In this document: piece by piece, positions 40,734 to 50,407 of the stretch
How positions within the stretch are numbered: position 1 is the stretch's first letter
How the letters are laid out: each line of letters begins with the position of its first letter
DNA from: an uncultured virus (IMG/VR IMGVR_UViG_3300008450_005828)
Lineage: Duplodnaviria; Heunggongvirae; Uroviricota; Caudoviricetes
DNA: 64,000 nucleotides
Reading direction: 5' to 3' (one strand)
Virus record (IMG/VR): IMGVR_UViG_3300008450_005828
Made by a program: the position numbers and the translations under genes
The notes under the pieces: generated by a model
What the model was told of the DNA's origin: nothing
Seen by the model: the letters and a program-made list of their open reading frames with translations, nothing else
Database searches by the model: none

Positions 40734-40789
40734 ATAGTAACATAAAAAACTATTGATGTCAAATATCAAATAAATAAAGTGTCTAGGAG
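40734..40789. promoter_or_regulatory. divergent promoters: sigma70-type (minus) and TAAATA + RBS (plus)
   Basis: Minus TTGACA(40762-40757), 17 nt, TACTAT(40739-40734), 7 nt before ATG 40726. Plus TAAATA 40771-40776 and AGGAG 40785-40789. Confidence 0.6.
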
Positions 40790-40795
40790 AGAAAC

Positions 40796-42241
40796 ATGGA
40801 ACTTTACGATGGTGCGTCATATAGAATTAATATTGAAGGTATGGACAGTACTCTTATAGTAGATAGCTTTAGAGGTATTATCAAAGCCAACATAGTCGAT
40901 GTTGACGATTACATCATAGTTGACTACGAAAACAAAACTTTCCACGGAAATTTTGTTGGAAATGTAATCGACGACTTAGGAAATGTAGTTCTTAATATTT
41001 CAGAAAAAACATTCTACGGTAATGTTACCGGTAATGTTCTTGACGACTCAGGAAATATAGTCATCGACAACTCACAACAAATATTCTACGGTAATGTTCT
41101 TGGAAATATTGTTGATGATATTGGAAATTTGGTTGTCGACAAGAATGAAAAATTATTCCATGGTAATGTTGTTGGAAACGTAGTTGACGAATTTGGAAAT
41201 ATAATTGTTGATAAAAATCAAAGAATATTTTTTGGAAATGTTGCTGACGAAAACGGAACCATGGTACTTGATTCGGAAAACAAAATATTCATTGGTAATT
41301 TTTTAGGCAATATTGTTGATCACGCAGGCGATACTGTTTATGATTCAAATAGCAACAGTTTACGGTTAGATGATCTCGAAGTAAATAACCTCATCTACGG
41401 AAATGTCAAAGGCAATGTTTATAATGCAAATGGGAATCTTATGTACGATTCTTTTACTAACTCTGCAGAGTTAAACGAACTAGTTGTTAAAAAAATCAAT
41501 GCTGAAGATATTGTAGTAACTGATTCTATCGTCGGCGAGTTTGTAGGAACGTTTGCAGGAAATGTTTATAACAATCTCGGTGAAGTTATTTTAGATACTG
41601 ATATACAGATTATTAAAGCAAACTTGTTATCCGAAACCAACGGAATTAGTTACGATTATCAAACTAATACGTTTTATGGAAATTTTTTCGGAAACGTTGT
41701 ATCGGATATTCAAAGATTTAATAACTTTCAAGTAGGTGATAAAGATGTTGGAAGTAGCGGTACTGCATTATTTGTTTCAGACAAAGACATCAACGACGAT
41801 TACGGCCCGTTGACTATTTGTGTGTCAAAAGACAGTAATCTCCCAGGAACTCTTGCTCTTATTAAAACTAGAGGATCTATTTCTAACCCAGAGCCTGTAC
41901 AACCCGGAGACGGAATACAAAGTATTATATTTGGTGCTCAAAGTGGCACTAATTATAGTATTTCGTGTGTACCAGTTGCTTTAATCGAAACGTCTGTTTC
42001 TAGCAATGCAATTGTTTCGTCAGGAAAGGTACCGGGTCATTTTTCAATAAAAGTTTCTAACAATGCAGGCGAATTAACCGAAGCATTGTCTATAAATTCA
42101 GATGGGCATTTAAAAAGTGTAATTAAAGATGTTACTGTTGTAGGAGAAACTTCTAAATCTCCTGCTAATACATCAAACCCAGACAGTTGGTTGGAAGTAA
42201 ATGTCAACGGAATAACAAAATTTATTCCGCTGTATTCATAA
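40796..42241 (+). CDS. virion structural / fibre-like protein with 24-aa GN repeats
   Basis: Repeats of FxGNVxGNxxDxxGNxxxD. YRINI.G.DS motif shared with 9511-11139. C-terminal P..WLEVNVNG..KFIPLY. Confidence 0.65.
   Translation: MELYDGASYRINIEGMDSTLIVDSFRGIIKANIVDVDDYIIVDYENKTFHGNFVGNVIDDLGNVVLNISEKTFYGNVTGNVLDDSGNIVIDNSQQIFYGNVLGNIVDDIGNLVVDKNEKLFHGNVVGNVVDEFGNIIVDKNQRIFFGNVADENGTMVLDSENKIFIGNFLGNIVDHAGDTVYDSNSNSLRLDDLEVNNLIYGNVKGNVYNANGNLMYDSFTNSAELNELVVKKINAEDIVVTDSIVGEFVGTFAGNVYNNLGEVILDTDIQIIKANLLSETNGISYDYQTNTFYGNFFGNVVSDIQRFNNFQVGDKDVGSSGTALFVSDKDINDDYGPLTICVSKDSNLPGTLALIKTRGSISNPEPVQPGDGIQSIIFGAQSGTNYSISCVPVALIETSVSSNAIVSSGKVPGHFSIKVSNNAGELTEALSINSDGHLKSVIKDVTVVGETSKSPANTSNPDSWLEVNVNGITKFIPLYS
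40940..41360 (+). repeat. coding tandem repeat, ~72-bp (24-aa) period, about 6 copies
   Basis: FHGNFVGNVIDDLGNVVLNISEKT / FYGNVTGNVLDDSGNIVIDNSQQI / FYGNVLGNIVDDIGNLVVDKNEKL / FHGNVVGNVVDEFGNIIVDKNQRI / a 20-aa unit / FIGNFLGNIVDHAGD. Confidence 0.85.
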
Positions 42242-44083
42242 CTTTGTTATTTTTGCTACACTAAAACCACTTCTGTTTTTATAGAACAATTTTTCTTTAA
42301 AGTCTATATCTGTGTCCCAAGGTATAGATATATCAAATCTATATGTTGTTTTATTTTGTATTAACTTGTCGTTAAAATTACAAAACTCGTTTAAATTATA
42401 ATTAAACTCACCACTTATAGCATGTTTTCGTGAAATGTCTGTTGTGTATGATTTATTAAAATTGAGTAGGTCGTTTAACAAATTGTTGTCAACTGTAGAA
42501 AAGTATTTTTTAGCCCACTGTTCAATTTTAGTTTGAACCGTGTTTCTATTTTTATGCCATTCAATTTGAGTGTAATTAACTGTAACATTGTCATTAACAA
42601 AAACGTCTGTAATTTTTTTATTCCAAAAGAATTCTTCTAAATCGGTTTTTTGTTTATTATACAGTGATAGAAAAAAATCTTCTTTTAAAATACAATTATT
42701 AAAAAAGTTTTCATAAAAGTCAATATAATCAATACCAAGATGTTTGTTTGCAAATTTAGCCAATACTTGCGTCCAGTTATAATTATGAAAGTTCATTATT
42801 AACCAATACCACAACCAAGAATCAATGTAATCCGATTTGTTCATGTATTTTGTTGCAATTACGTAGTTGTGAATTTCTGGAATGTTAGTCAACTGACCAT
42901 TAAACACTGTGTAATATGTTTCCACTGCCATTTCGTGATCAAGTACTTCAGTGGCCATCTCACTGTTTTTAAGTATTTCTAAGGGAAACACATCTAAGAA
43001 ATAATGACATCCTGCTTGTATGGCTTCGCAAAGACCTTCTCTCCAACTTTGTTTAGTTTCGTATGGCATACCCAAAATAAACTCTGTATAATATGTCACA
43101 CCTTGTTTGTCACATTCTTTGTACATCTGTGATAACTGAGATATTTCCATATTTTTACGTTTAATGTTTGTTAACGTATCGTCATTCATACTTTGAACAC
43201 TTAATGTAAGACCTCTATTAAGTCCTACACTGTGCAGTATTTTAACTAATTCAATAGTTTTTTCAGCACTGTTTTTATACCAAGTAGCAGTAACTCCGTG
43301 AGGATAGCCTGTTTCTGTTTTTAACTTGGCTAGATATTCTACAATAAGTTTGTCACGTTCATAAAAAACACCAAAGTTAGCATCAGCAATATAAATGTAT
43401 TCTATTTTATTTTTTGCAACCCAATCTAACTCAGCAAATACTTTTTCTAAATTAAATTTTTTAATTTTACTTTGAGTTAGACTACCCCAGTCACAGAATG
43501 TACAAGCAAAAGGACAGCCTCTATTTGTTTCTATGGTTGTTGAAAATTTTACATTTTTATTTTCTTGGACTAACTTGTTTAAAATGTTGCTGTTTATATA
43601 AGGACTTGGCATTTCTTCAACATCAACACGTTGATGCAATTGATATGTTTCTTTAACTATTCCAGTAGTAATGTAGTCAGTTAATAACGAATACAAAGAC
43701 TTTTCGCCTTCGTTAATTATAATACTATCTATAAACTTTTTTTGTAAAAGTTTGTGTCCTGCTTTTTCGCCAACCTGCGGGCCGCCAAACACAATTAAAC
43801 AGTTTGGCCATTTATCTTTTATTTTTTTTGCCAATTGAAAATTGTATTGTTCGTTCCAAATATAGTTACTAAAGAGACAAATTTCTGGATCATGTATTTT
43901 AGTGATAACCAAATCAACAGGTTCACGTTTAAAAAAACAATCCTTTACATCAAAGTTTTGTTTTACTATATCAAACTGTTCTGCATATGACCAGACCGCA
44001 GCAATACTATATGGTAAACTTTGACTAGAAAAGTTTCCGTAACCCATTTGATAATTTACTTGAAACAAATACACACTTTTCAT
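42236..44083 (-). CDS. cobalamin-binding-type (class B) radical SAM protein
   Basis: FSNYIWN...FGGPQ...EGE B12-like domain, ETNRGCPFACTFCDW and DANFG. Confidence 0.88.
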   Translation of the reverse strand: MKSVYLFQVNYQMGYGNFSSQSLPYSIAAVWSYAEQFDIVKQNFDVKDCFFKREPVDLVITKIHDPEICLFSNYIWNEQYNFQLAKKIKDKWPNCLIVFGGPQVGEKAGHKLLQKKFIDSIIINEGEKSLYSLLTDYITTGIVKETYQLHQRVDVEEMPSPYINSNILNKLVQENKNVKFSTTIETNRGCPFACTFCDWGSLTQSKIKKFNLEKVFAELDWVAKNKIEYIYIADANFGVFYERDKLIVEYLAKLKTETGYPHGVTATWYKNSAEKTIELVKILHSVGLNRGLTLSVQSMNDDTLTNIKRKNMEISQLSQMYKECDKQGVTYYTEFILGMPYETKQSWREGLCEAIQAGCHYFLDVFPLEILKNSEMATEVLDHEMAVETYYTVFNGQLTNIPEIHNYVIATKYMNKSDYIDSWLWYWLIMNFHNYNWTQVLAKFANKHLGIDYIDFYENFFNNCILKEDFFLSLYNKQKTDLEEFFWNKKITDVFVNDNVTVNYTQIEWHKNRNTVQTKIEQWAKKYFSTVDNNLLNDLLNFNKSYTTDISRKHAISGEFNYNLNEFCNFNDKLIQNKTTYRFDISIPWDTDIDFKEKLFYKNRSGFSVAKITKL

Positions 44084-45144
44084 TAAAAATAGTCCTCTAG
44101 TGTTCCTTTACGTTTTGTATCTAATGTAACACAATGAAAGCCACCGCTTAATGTTCTTGCTTGTCTCATTGGCAAACCAATACTTTCAATTCCCCATGTT
44201 TTGTCTAATTCTTTCATCAGTTCTTGTTGATTTTCATCTACAATAATGAGTTCAGGATTTACACTTAACAAGTTTAGTCCAATATAAGGTGAGCACGGTG
44301 AGATACCGTTTGATAAATTTGTAGGTATTTTACCAATTTTTTCGCCAGGCCAAAAAATCTTATCCCAACTTTTAAAAATAGGCGGGTACCAGTCTTCATT
44401 TAATCTGTCACCGTTGAACAAAACCAATCCAGGACGAAGAGGAATTACTGTGCTGTCAAAATGCGAAAAACTATAATACTTTTCTGCAATATGAAATCTG
44501 TATCCTTTTGGTTCGAGAATAGTTTTTAGCCATTCAAACCCAAGTTGATTTCCACTGTTGCTTACTTGGCAAAGTAAATCTCTTCCTAATCTAACGATAT
44601 TTGGTGCATCAAATACAATTTCGTGATTTAGTAAGGTTGCTTCTTTTATATCATCTAGTTGATAACTTTCATCTAATAGTATCGGCTTTGGAGCACAGAT
44701 CCATTGCGAACCTTCCTTCATCCATTTATATAAATGATTGTAATATGCACGAGTTTCAAAGTATCGAGACCGCATAGGACTAGGACACTCGATAATCATG
44801 TTGTCCAAAGGTAACAACAAGTCTCTGGGACAATAAGTATGCCACCCTGTAGTTTCCCAATCGGGCGTACTAAATTTTTGTCTATGATCAATTACATCAG
44901 GTCTTAATACATTAACACCTAAACTTTTTAAAGTATCTGACAATCCATCTAAGTCTTCATTTGCTTCGTCAATGACTTGTTGATTGTGTAAAATTCCGTT
45001 AAGATGTTTAATTTCGTCATATGTGTTTGCTGCATAAGAAAAACTATGAGTACTTTTATCAAGAGTTGGAAGCATTGCATGATCGGCTATACCAACTACA
45101 ATCTCTTCTAAAGGATCCCAATCATTGTTTGTTTGAATTGGCAT
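44083..45144 (-). CDS. amidinotransferase (glycine / inosamine-phosphate amidinotransferase family)
   Basis: NDWDPLEEIVVG, CPRD, FDA, HFDST and GGFHCVTLD (catalytic Cys). Confidence 0.88.
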   Translation of the reverse strand: MPIQTNNDWDPLEEIVVGIADHAMLPTLDKSTHSFSYAANTYDEIKHLNGILHNQQVIDEANEDLDGLSDTLKSLGVNVLRPDVIDHRQKFSTPDWETTGWHTYCPRDLLLPLDNMIIECPSPMRSRYFETRAYYNHLYKWMKEGSQWICAPKPILLDESYQLDDIKEATLLNHEIVFDAPNIVRLGRDLLCQVSNSGNQLGFEWLKTILEPKGYRFHIAEKYYSFSHFDSTVIPLRPGLVLFNGDRLNEDWYPPIFKSWDKIFWPGEKIGKIPTNLSNGISPCSPYIGLNLLSVNPELIIVDENQQELMKELDKTWGIESIGLPMRQARTLSGGFHCVTLDTKRKGTLEDYF

Positions 45145-46027
45145 ATAATATCTCTTTCATTTGTAAATTGTTTAAAATTAGCAAGTCTTGAAGACTTAGT
45201 CTATTGGTATTAGTGCCTCTGTTATATTGATTGTATTTTTTAAAGTTGTCTACGCCAAATAAAACTGTATTACTTGGCGTAATATTTAAAACACTACAAC
45301 ACTCGAGTTGTTTACTTTTATATTTATTGTATACAAAATCTGGTGAAAAGTTTTGTAAAAGATTTAATCCTAAGTGAGAACCAAGTCTGTTATTGTAATT
45401 CATCTTATCATATACAAACATAAGGTCGTCGTCATCTGTTTTTGTAAATCTTATTCCAATTCTTGCATTTGCAACAGGAAATGTTTTACTTAAACTAAAA
45501 ACAACATCAGTAATACAATTAAAAGATAAATCAAAATTTATATTATTACAAATTCCAAAATATATACAATCAATTAACACTGGAATCTGTAATCGATCGC
45601 ATATCTCTAAAACACTGTCCATCTCAACATGCTTGTTTCCGGTGTCACTAAACGGTAAACTAATTACTACTGCATCATTAAATTCTAAAGGTGAATCCTC
45701 TATAAATGTCCAGTCGTTCCAATTATTTCTCCAGGCTAGTTTGTGATAAACATATTCGCCCTTAAAACATCTAAAACGTCTATTTTTATTTTTAATATAA
45801 AACATATCAAACGCTTGAGACGCACCGTTGCTATAAATTGCATATGTGAAGTTATTTAAACCTATAAAATTATTGTCGGCAGAACTTAAAATCCAATTTT
45901 TGTAAGCATTACAAAAATTTTTAGTAACACTATTATCCCATAATGCTTCTGAAAAATCAATGTGTTTTATAAAGTCTACTATTTCAGGATCTTGTATAGC
46001 ATAAGAATTTTTAAAAATATTGTGCAT
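45122..46027 (-). CDS. short PLP-dependent (fold type I) transferase-like protein
   Basis: ISLPFSDTG, IPVLIDC and SLSKTF...RIGIRF. Paralog of 23471-24316. Confidence 0.65.
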   Translation of the reverse strand: MHNIFKNSYAIQDPEIVDFIKHIDFSEALWDNSVTKNFCNAYKNWILSSADNNFIGLNNFTYAIYSNGASQAFDMFYIKNKNRRFRCFKGEYVYHKLAWRNNWNDWTFIEDSPLEFNDAVVISLPFSDTGNKHVEMDSVLEICDRLQIPVLIDCIYFGICNNINFDLSFNCITDVVFSLSKTFPVANARIGIRFTKTDDDDLMFVYDKMNYNNRLGSHLGLNLLQNFSPDFVYNKYKSKQLECCSVLNITPSNTVLFGVDNFKKYNQYNRGTNTNRLSLQDLLILNNLQMKEILYANSNKQ

Positions 46028-47125
46028 TTATACATTTCCTTTTACATAAGGTTGTAATTCTTTTGTAGCATTTTGTTTAAGCATACCGTATTTACTACAT
46101 TGATTTGCACAACGCTCTATTCTATTTTCGCTAATCCAGTTTTGTTGTATAGCGTGAAACACTTTACTGTTTGCAATTTCGTCCAATGAAAAATGATGCA
46201 AACTAATAGTGTTTAGACCGCCGTTTAGGTCAATCAACTCAAATAATTTTTTTCTATCTTTGTGCTTTTCGGTTTCAAACCCATAAAATCTATCAGCAAG
46301 CCATCCGCAAGGCAAAACGTACCCTTCGGCTGAAATATAAATTAAATTACTGTGTTGTGCAGTACAAAATATTTTAGATTTTTGCAAATAGTTTTCATAA
46401 GATCCGAACTCTTTTATAATTTTTTCGTAGTTATTATAGCCATTGTTTAGATATTTCTTTTCATCAGGCATTTCTAAATATCTATTAAGATTATTATTTT
46501 TGTCAAACACTGGAGTTTTATCAACTAGATTATGTTGTTTATCGATAAATCTAGTTGTCAACTTACAAGAAAACCCATCAAATCCGAGTTTGTTGCTTAA
46601 TTGTCTTGCAGCATCTACTTGATGTTCGTTGTGTTTAAAAACAATGTAACTCCATATTGCTGATCCGCCAGCAGATATAAATGCTTTTGCATTATTGATT
46701 ATTTTTTTAAAGTTTGTGTTAACTCTATACAAATGGTTTGTGTCATCTAAACCATCTATTCCGAAAATAACTCTATCATCTTTTTTTAAAACGTTAGCAA
46801 GATCTTTCCACCATTTTGTTGTACGTAAACTACCGTTTGTATTAATAGTAAGTTGTGCAGAAGTTTTTGAATTTAAATATTTGACTAACTCTATCAAATC
46901 TTGATAGATACAGGGATCACCATAAGTTCCGCAAATACGAATTTCTATCAAGTCTTTTAAAATTGAATCTGGTATTTTTGTTTTAATTAATTCCAAGTCA
47001 ATGTCGACCATGGGCAATGTTGGCCATGTTTTTCCACCGTAAAAATTACGTACACACTGAGGACAAGATGCGTTGCATCTTGTTGTAAGTTCAAGTTCGA
47101 GTTGAGTAATTTTTTGATAAAACAT
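46028..47125 (-). CDS. radical SAM protein, subfamily C
   Basis: ELTTRCNASCPQCVRN, CGTYGDP, HNEHQV, and LPC...CANQC. Confidence 0.9.
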   Translation of the reverse strand: MFYQKITQLELELTTRCNASCPQCVRNFYGGKTWPTLPMVDIDLELIKTKIPDSILKDLIEIRICGTYGDPCIYQDLIELVKYLNSKTSAQLTINTNGSLRTTKWWKDLANVLKKDDRVIFGIDGLDDTNHLYRVNTNFKKIINNAKAFISAGGSAIWSYIVFKHNEHQVDAARQLSNKLGFDGFSCKLTTRFIDKQHNLVDKTPVFDKNNNLNRYLEMPDEKKYLNNGYNNYEKIIKEFGSYENYLQKSKIFCTAQHSNLIYISAEGYVLPCGWLADRFYGFETEKHKDRKKLFELIDLNGGLNTISLHHFSLDEIANSKVFHAIQQNWISENRIERCANQCSKYGMLKQNATKELQPYVKGNV

Positions 47126-48267
47126 TAGGGTTTTCTTATTAGGTGCTCAAGACCTTTACGATTAAAGAAAAACTCAATTTCTTCTTTACTAGCATTGTAC
47201 TTTGTTTCTAAATACTTTAAAAATTCATCTTGCTTTTTAAAATAATAATACAATAACTTTGTATTAAAGTCAACGTCTTGTTTGACTTTTTGATAATCGC
47301 TGTTGTTTAAAAAATATTTTACATTTTGTACTATTGCTTCAAGACGCTGTTCTTCATCTTCGATTAAACCGTACTCTTTGATTAAGAAATTCTCGTCAAA
47401 TGTCTTAAATCCTAGATTTTTCAATTCTTTGTATTGTTCTACATAGCCCGATAAAATTACTGGCTTCTTCATTAATAATTCTCTATAAGTTTTATCAGTA
47501 AGATAATACCGGTCGTTACTCCATTCCCAGTATATCGGCCCTTCACTTATTACTGTTAACTTTACATCGTTATAGTGATGCAAATCTATAAATGACGGAT
47601 TGTGTATGTAGGGTTCTTTTACAATATCGTGCCAGTTGTCGCCTTCGTAAACTCCTAAAAAACTTTTACAAGAGTTGTATTCGTTATCGCTATCTAAAGA
47701 TCTATTACAGTTTTTTAAAAACTCGTTATATTCTTTATCTGTATATTTTGACAAATAGTTTCGGCACCATTTGTTATCTATTTCGTTCCAAGGAGGAAAA
47801 AATGACCAAGTGCTATTTTTTAACATATTTTCGTCGTAAAATTTACTCATTAGTCCAATACGATTTGGACGAGCAGAACGACCTGTTAAAAATAAAAACT
47901 TGTCAGCATCGTTATTATAATCTTTGATTTGATTATCATAATCTTTGTATGCATTTTTTACAACACTCATATTCCAGTCATAAAAGTAGTGTGTGTGTTT
48001 TAAACCATACTCATATGTTTTTCCAGCACCAGATATAAAAATTATCTCTTGTATACCTAATTTTTTACAAGCATTGTCGAGTTTGTCAATCAGTGGGATC
48101 CAATATTTAGGATCCCACGCCACAAATCCGTCCATCAGTGCAAGAAAAATAATTACGTTGCATTTTTCTCGCACTGCTTGATCAATTTCGATCATTATCA
48201 AATCGTAATGATCTTGATCAACAAATAACCATTCGATGTTGATTAACTTTGTTTTTATATCAGACAT
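47125..48267 (-). CDS. hypothetical protein, possibly glycosyltransferase-like
   Basis: FLFL...RPNR and C-terminal VISE...LTDKTY...KP...LGFKTF, loosely like the GT10-type 'TEK' motif. The family call is weak. Confidence 0.5.
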   Translation of the reverse strand: MSDIKTKLINIEWLFVDQDHYDLIMIEIDQAVREKCNVIIFLALMDGFVAWDPKYWIPLIDKLDNACKKLGIQEIIFISGAGKTYEYGLKHTHYFYDWNMSVVKNAYKDYDNQIKDYNNDADKFLFLTGRSARPNRIGLMSKFYDENMLKNSTWSFFPPWNEIDNKWCRNYLSKYTDKEYNEFLKNCNRSLDSDNEYNSCKSFLGVYEGDNWHDIVKEPYIHNPSFIDLHHYNDVKLTVISEGPIYWEWSNDRYYLTDKTYRELLMKKPVILSGYVEQYKELKNLGFKTFDENFLIKEYGLIEDEEQRLEAIVQNVKYFLNNSDYQKVKQDVDFNTKLLYYYFKKQDEFLKYLETKYNASKEEIEFFFNRKGLEHLIRKP

Positions 48268-48274
48268 TTTAAAA

Positions 48275-49345
48275 TTATGGAAATTTTAAATCTAACTCTA
48301 GGATATTCATCAACTCTAGCATTTCATCTTGATGATAGTTGTAAAAATGCTGTTGATGATATGGATGCCACGATTGTTTTATTAAACTATCAGGATAATA
48401 TTGCAATCTAAATGCAAGTCTGTTCGGATTTCCAGGATGCTTTCTTCTATGTAATGTTATCGAATTATCAAATAAACAAATCTCATTGTCTTGTAAGTAC
48501 ATGTGATCGTAAATATATTTTTCAGTTAACAATTCTCGGTCAATTTCTGCAAAAACTTTATCGCTATCATATTTACTCATACCTTTAATTCCAACAACAG
48601 AATTAAGTGTATAATGCAGTCCTTTGATTCCGCCCGGACTTGTAATTACCAAGGGTACTTCAGCCCCGTCAACTGGTGCAAATTCTTTTCTTATGTTTTC
48701 TCCAAAACTTGGATCATCTTTTTCGAGTTCATTAATCCCTCCAGGAATGTATGCGTGAACTAAAATCATTTCGTTAAGTTCGCTTCTAAAACTTTCAGAG
48801 ATTGACTGATAATAATCAGCAGTTTGTAGAAATCCTGTAGAACTACCTACCATATACTCTCCGCCCATCAATGCAACTCCGGGAGTAAAGTTAATTACAG
48901 ACGATTCGTTACTGTGCCAATATAACTCGCCAGATGAAAAGTTGCCCATTGGGTTACCGTATTCATCTCTTTTGCCACAAACTCGTGTTAATGTATTACC
49001 ATGTTCAGTATGTTCAATATAAAACTGTTTCATTTTAATATAACGTTCGTCTTCTGATGATACATTAAATTTTTTGTAATGTTCTTGAATTCTACCATCA
49101 AAATCTTGACCGTATTTTTTTTGAAAGTGCTTGCGAGACATTGTTGCACCGATAAAAGGACCCCATTGCCGAATTCTGTTATAGTACTGATCTTTAGTAA
49201 TTTTAACGTTTCTTAGAATAGTTACTAAATCAGTTAAATGAAATTTTCCAATTTCTGCCCATTCTTCATCTGTGATATTATCAAAGTCTAAGTCGTCAAT
49301 ATAATGTCCATATGAACCTAAACCGGGAATTTTTGATACTTTCAT
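48275..49345 (-). CDS. TauD/TfdA-family Fe(II)/2OG dioxygenase
   Basis: LYWHSNE, STGF..TADYY and FDNSITLHRR...R. AGGAG RBS and TAAATA upstream. Confidence 0.8.
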   Translation of the reverse strand: MKVSKIPGLGSYGHYIDDLDFDNITDEEWAEIGKFHLTDLVTILRNVKITKDQYYNRIRQWGPFIGATMSRKHFQKKYGQDFDGRIQEHYKKFNVSSEDERYIKMKQFYIEHTEHGNTLTRVCGKRDEYGNPMGNFSSGELYWHSNESSVINFTPGVALMGGEYMVGSSTGFLQTADYYQSISESFRSELNEMILVHAYIPGGINELEKDDPSFGENIRKEFAPVDGAEVPLVITSPGGIKGLHYTLNSVVGIKGMSKYDSDKVFAEIDRELLTEKYIYDHMYLQDNEICLFDNSITLHRRKHPGNPNRLAFRLQYYPDSLIKQSWHPYHQQHFYNYHQDEMLELMNILELDLKFP

Positions 49346-49426
49346 TTTATCTCCTGTGGTATTATTTCTAATATTTACTGCAAACAAAAACATAGTTACT
49401 CAATTGTGATACTACTAAATATTACA

Positions 49427-50407
49427 ATGAGTCAACCATACCTGAGATTTTTAGATATTTACTGCGGTGCTTATTGTAACTTAGCCTGCAATCATTGTGA
49501 TGCAAGAAGCCATGTGTTGCAAACAAAAAACTATGATCCAACATTGGATGACATATTAACAGGCATTAAATTAGTCAAAGAAAAATTTGATATAATCTAT
49601 TATGGTACTTCAGGTGGTGAACCGTTACTGTATTTAGATCGAATTACAGAAATATTTAAATTTATAAAAAGCATAGATCCAGATGCTGTACTTTTACTAC
49701 CAACCAATGGAACACTTATTGATAAAAAACTCAATGAACTAGTTGCGTTAATAAAACAGTTTGATGTTAGTGTTTTTGTATGTGACCATTTTTCAGGATT
49801 TGAAGATAAAACACTTTCAAATAAAGTTAAACAAAATTTTAAACTTTTAGCAGATGCTGTGAATTTGCCCAGTGGAAATGTGTCCGATTTTTATAAAAAT
49901 CTATTCGATATAGAAAATAAAAAAAACGATATCTTGTATCAAGAGTGGTTAGACAAAAGACAAAACTTTTATGATTACATTGAAGATACTGAACAGGTAT
50001 TTTATAATAAAACGTTTGTTCATTACAGAGAGCAAAGCACATTTAAACAAAATTATCAATTAATTGATAATATTCCTAAACCCTTTAAAACAAACAATCC
50101 TGCCGAATCTTATCAAAACGGCTGCACCAGTGATATGTGTAGTTTTTTGATTGATAAAAAATTATACAAGTGTTCTTCTTTGGGTACATTAAATAGATTT
50201 TTAAATCATCATAATTTATTAAACGACCCAGATTGGCAAAAATATTTAAATTATAAACCTATAAATTTAGAAAATTATAACAACGACGAAATTGATTTTT
50301 TTGATGAAACAAAATACTGCGAAATAGGAGAATGCGACATGTGTTCTGACAAAGACACTAGTTTTTTAAAAACACCAGAATATGTTTTAAAAAAATATAC
50401 AAATTAA
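49427..50407 (+). CDS. radical SAM protein (subfamily B-like)
   Basis: CNLACNHC, SGGEPLL and PTNG, with C-terminal C...LYKC...CDMC. TAAATA 5 nt before the ATG. Confidence 0.85.
   Translation: MSQPYLRFLDIYCGAYCNLACNHCDARSHVLQTKNYDPTLDDILTGIKLVKEKFDIIYYGTSGGEPLLYLDRITEIFKFIKSIDPDAVLLLPTNGTLIDKKLNELVALIKQFDVSVFVCDHFSGFEDKTLSNKVKQNFKLLADAVNLPSGNVSDFYKNLFDIENKKNDILYQEWLDKRQNFYDYIEDTEQVFYNKTFVHYREQSTFKQNYQLIDNIPKPFKTNNPAESYQNGCTSDMCSFLIDKKLYKCSSLGTLNRFLNHHNLLNDPDWQKYLNYKPINLENYNNDEIDFFDETKYCEIGECDMCSDKDTSFLKTPEYVLKKYTN

Noticed and set aside
40940..41360. Periodic sequence as a possible CRISPR array or DGR repeat
   Set aside because: The units are degenerate in-frame coding repeats with no constant repeat and unique spacers. 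No cas or reverse transcriptase gene is in the window.
47592..48181. Short plus-strand ORFs, representative of the many 60-130 aa antisense ORFs in the track
   Set aside because: They lie opposite or out of frame within supported genes and have no motifs or RBS.
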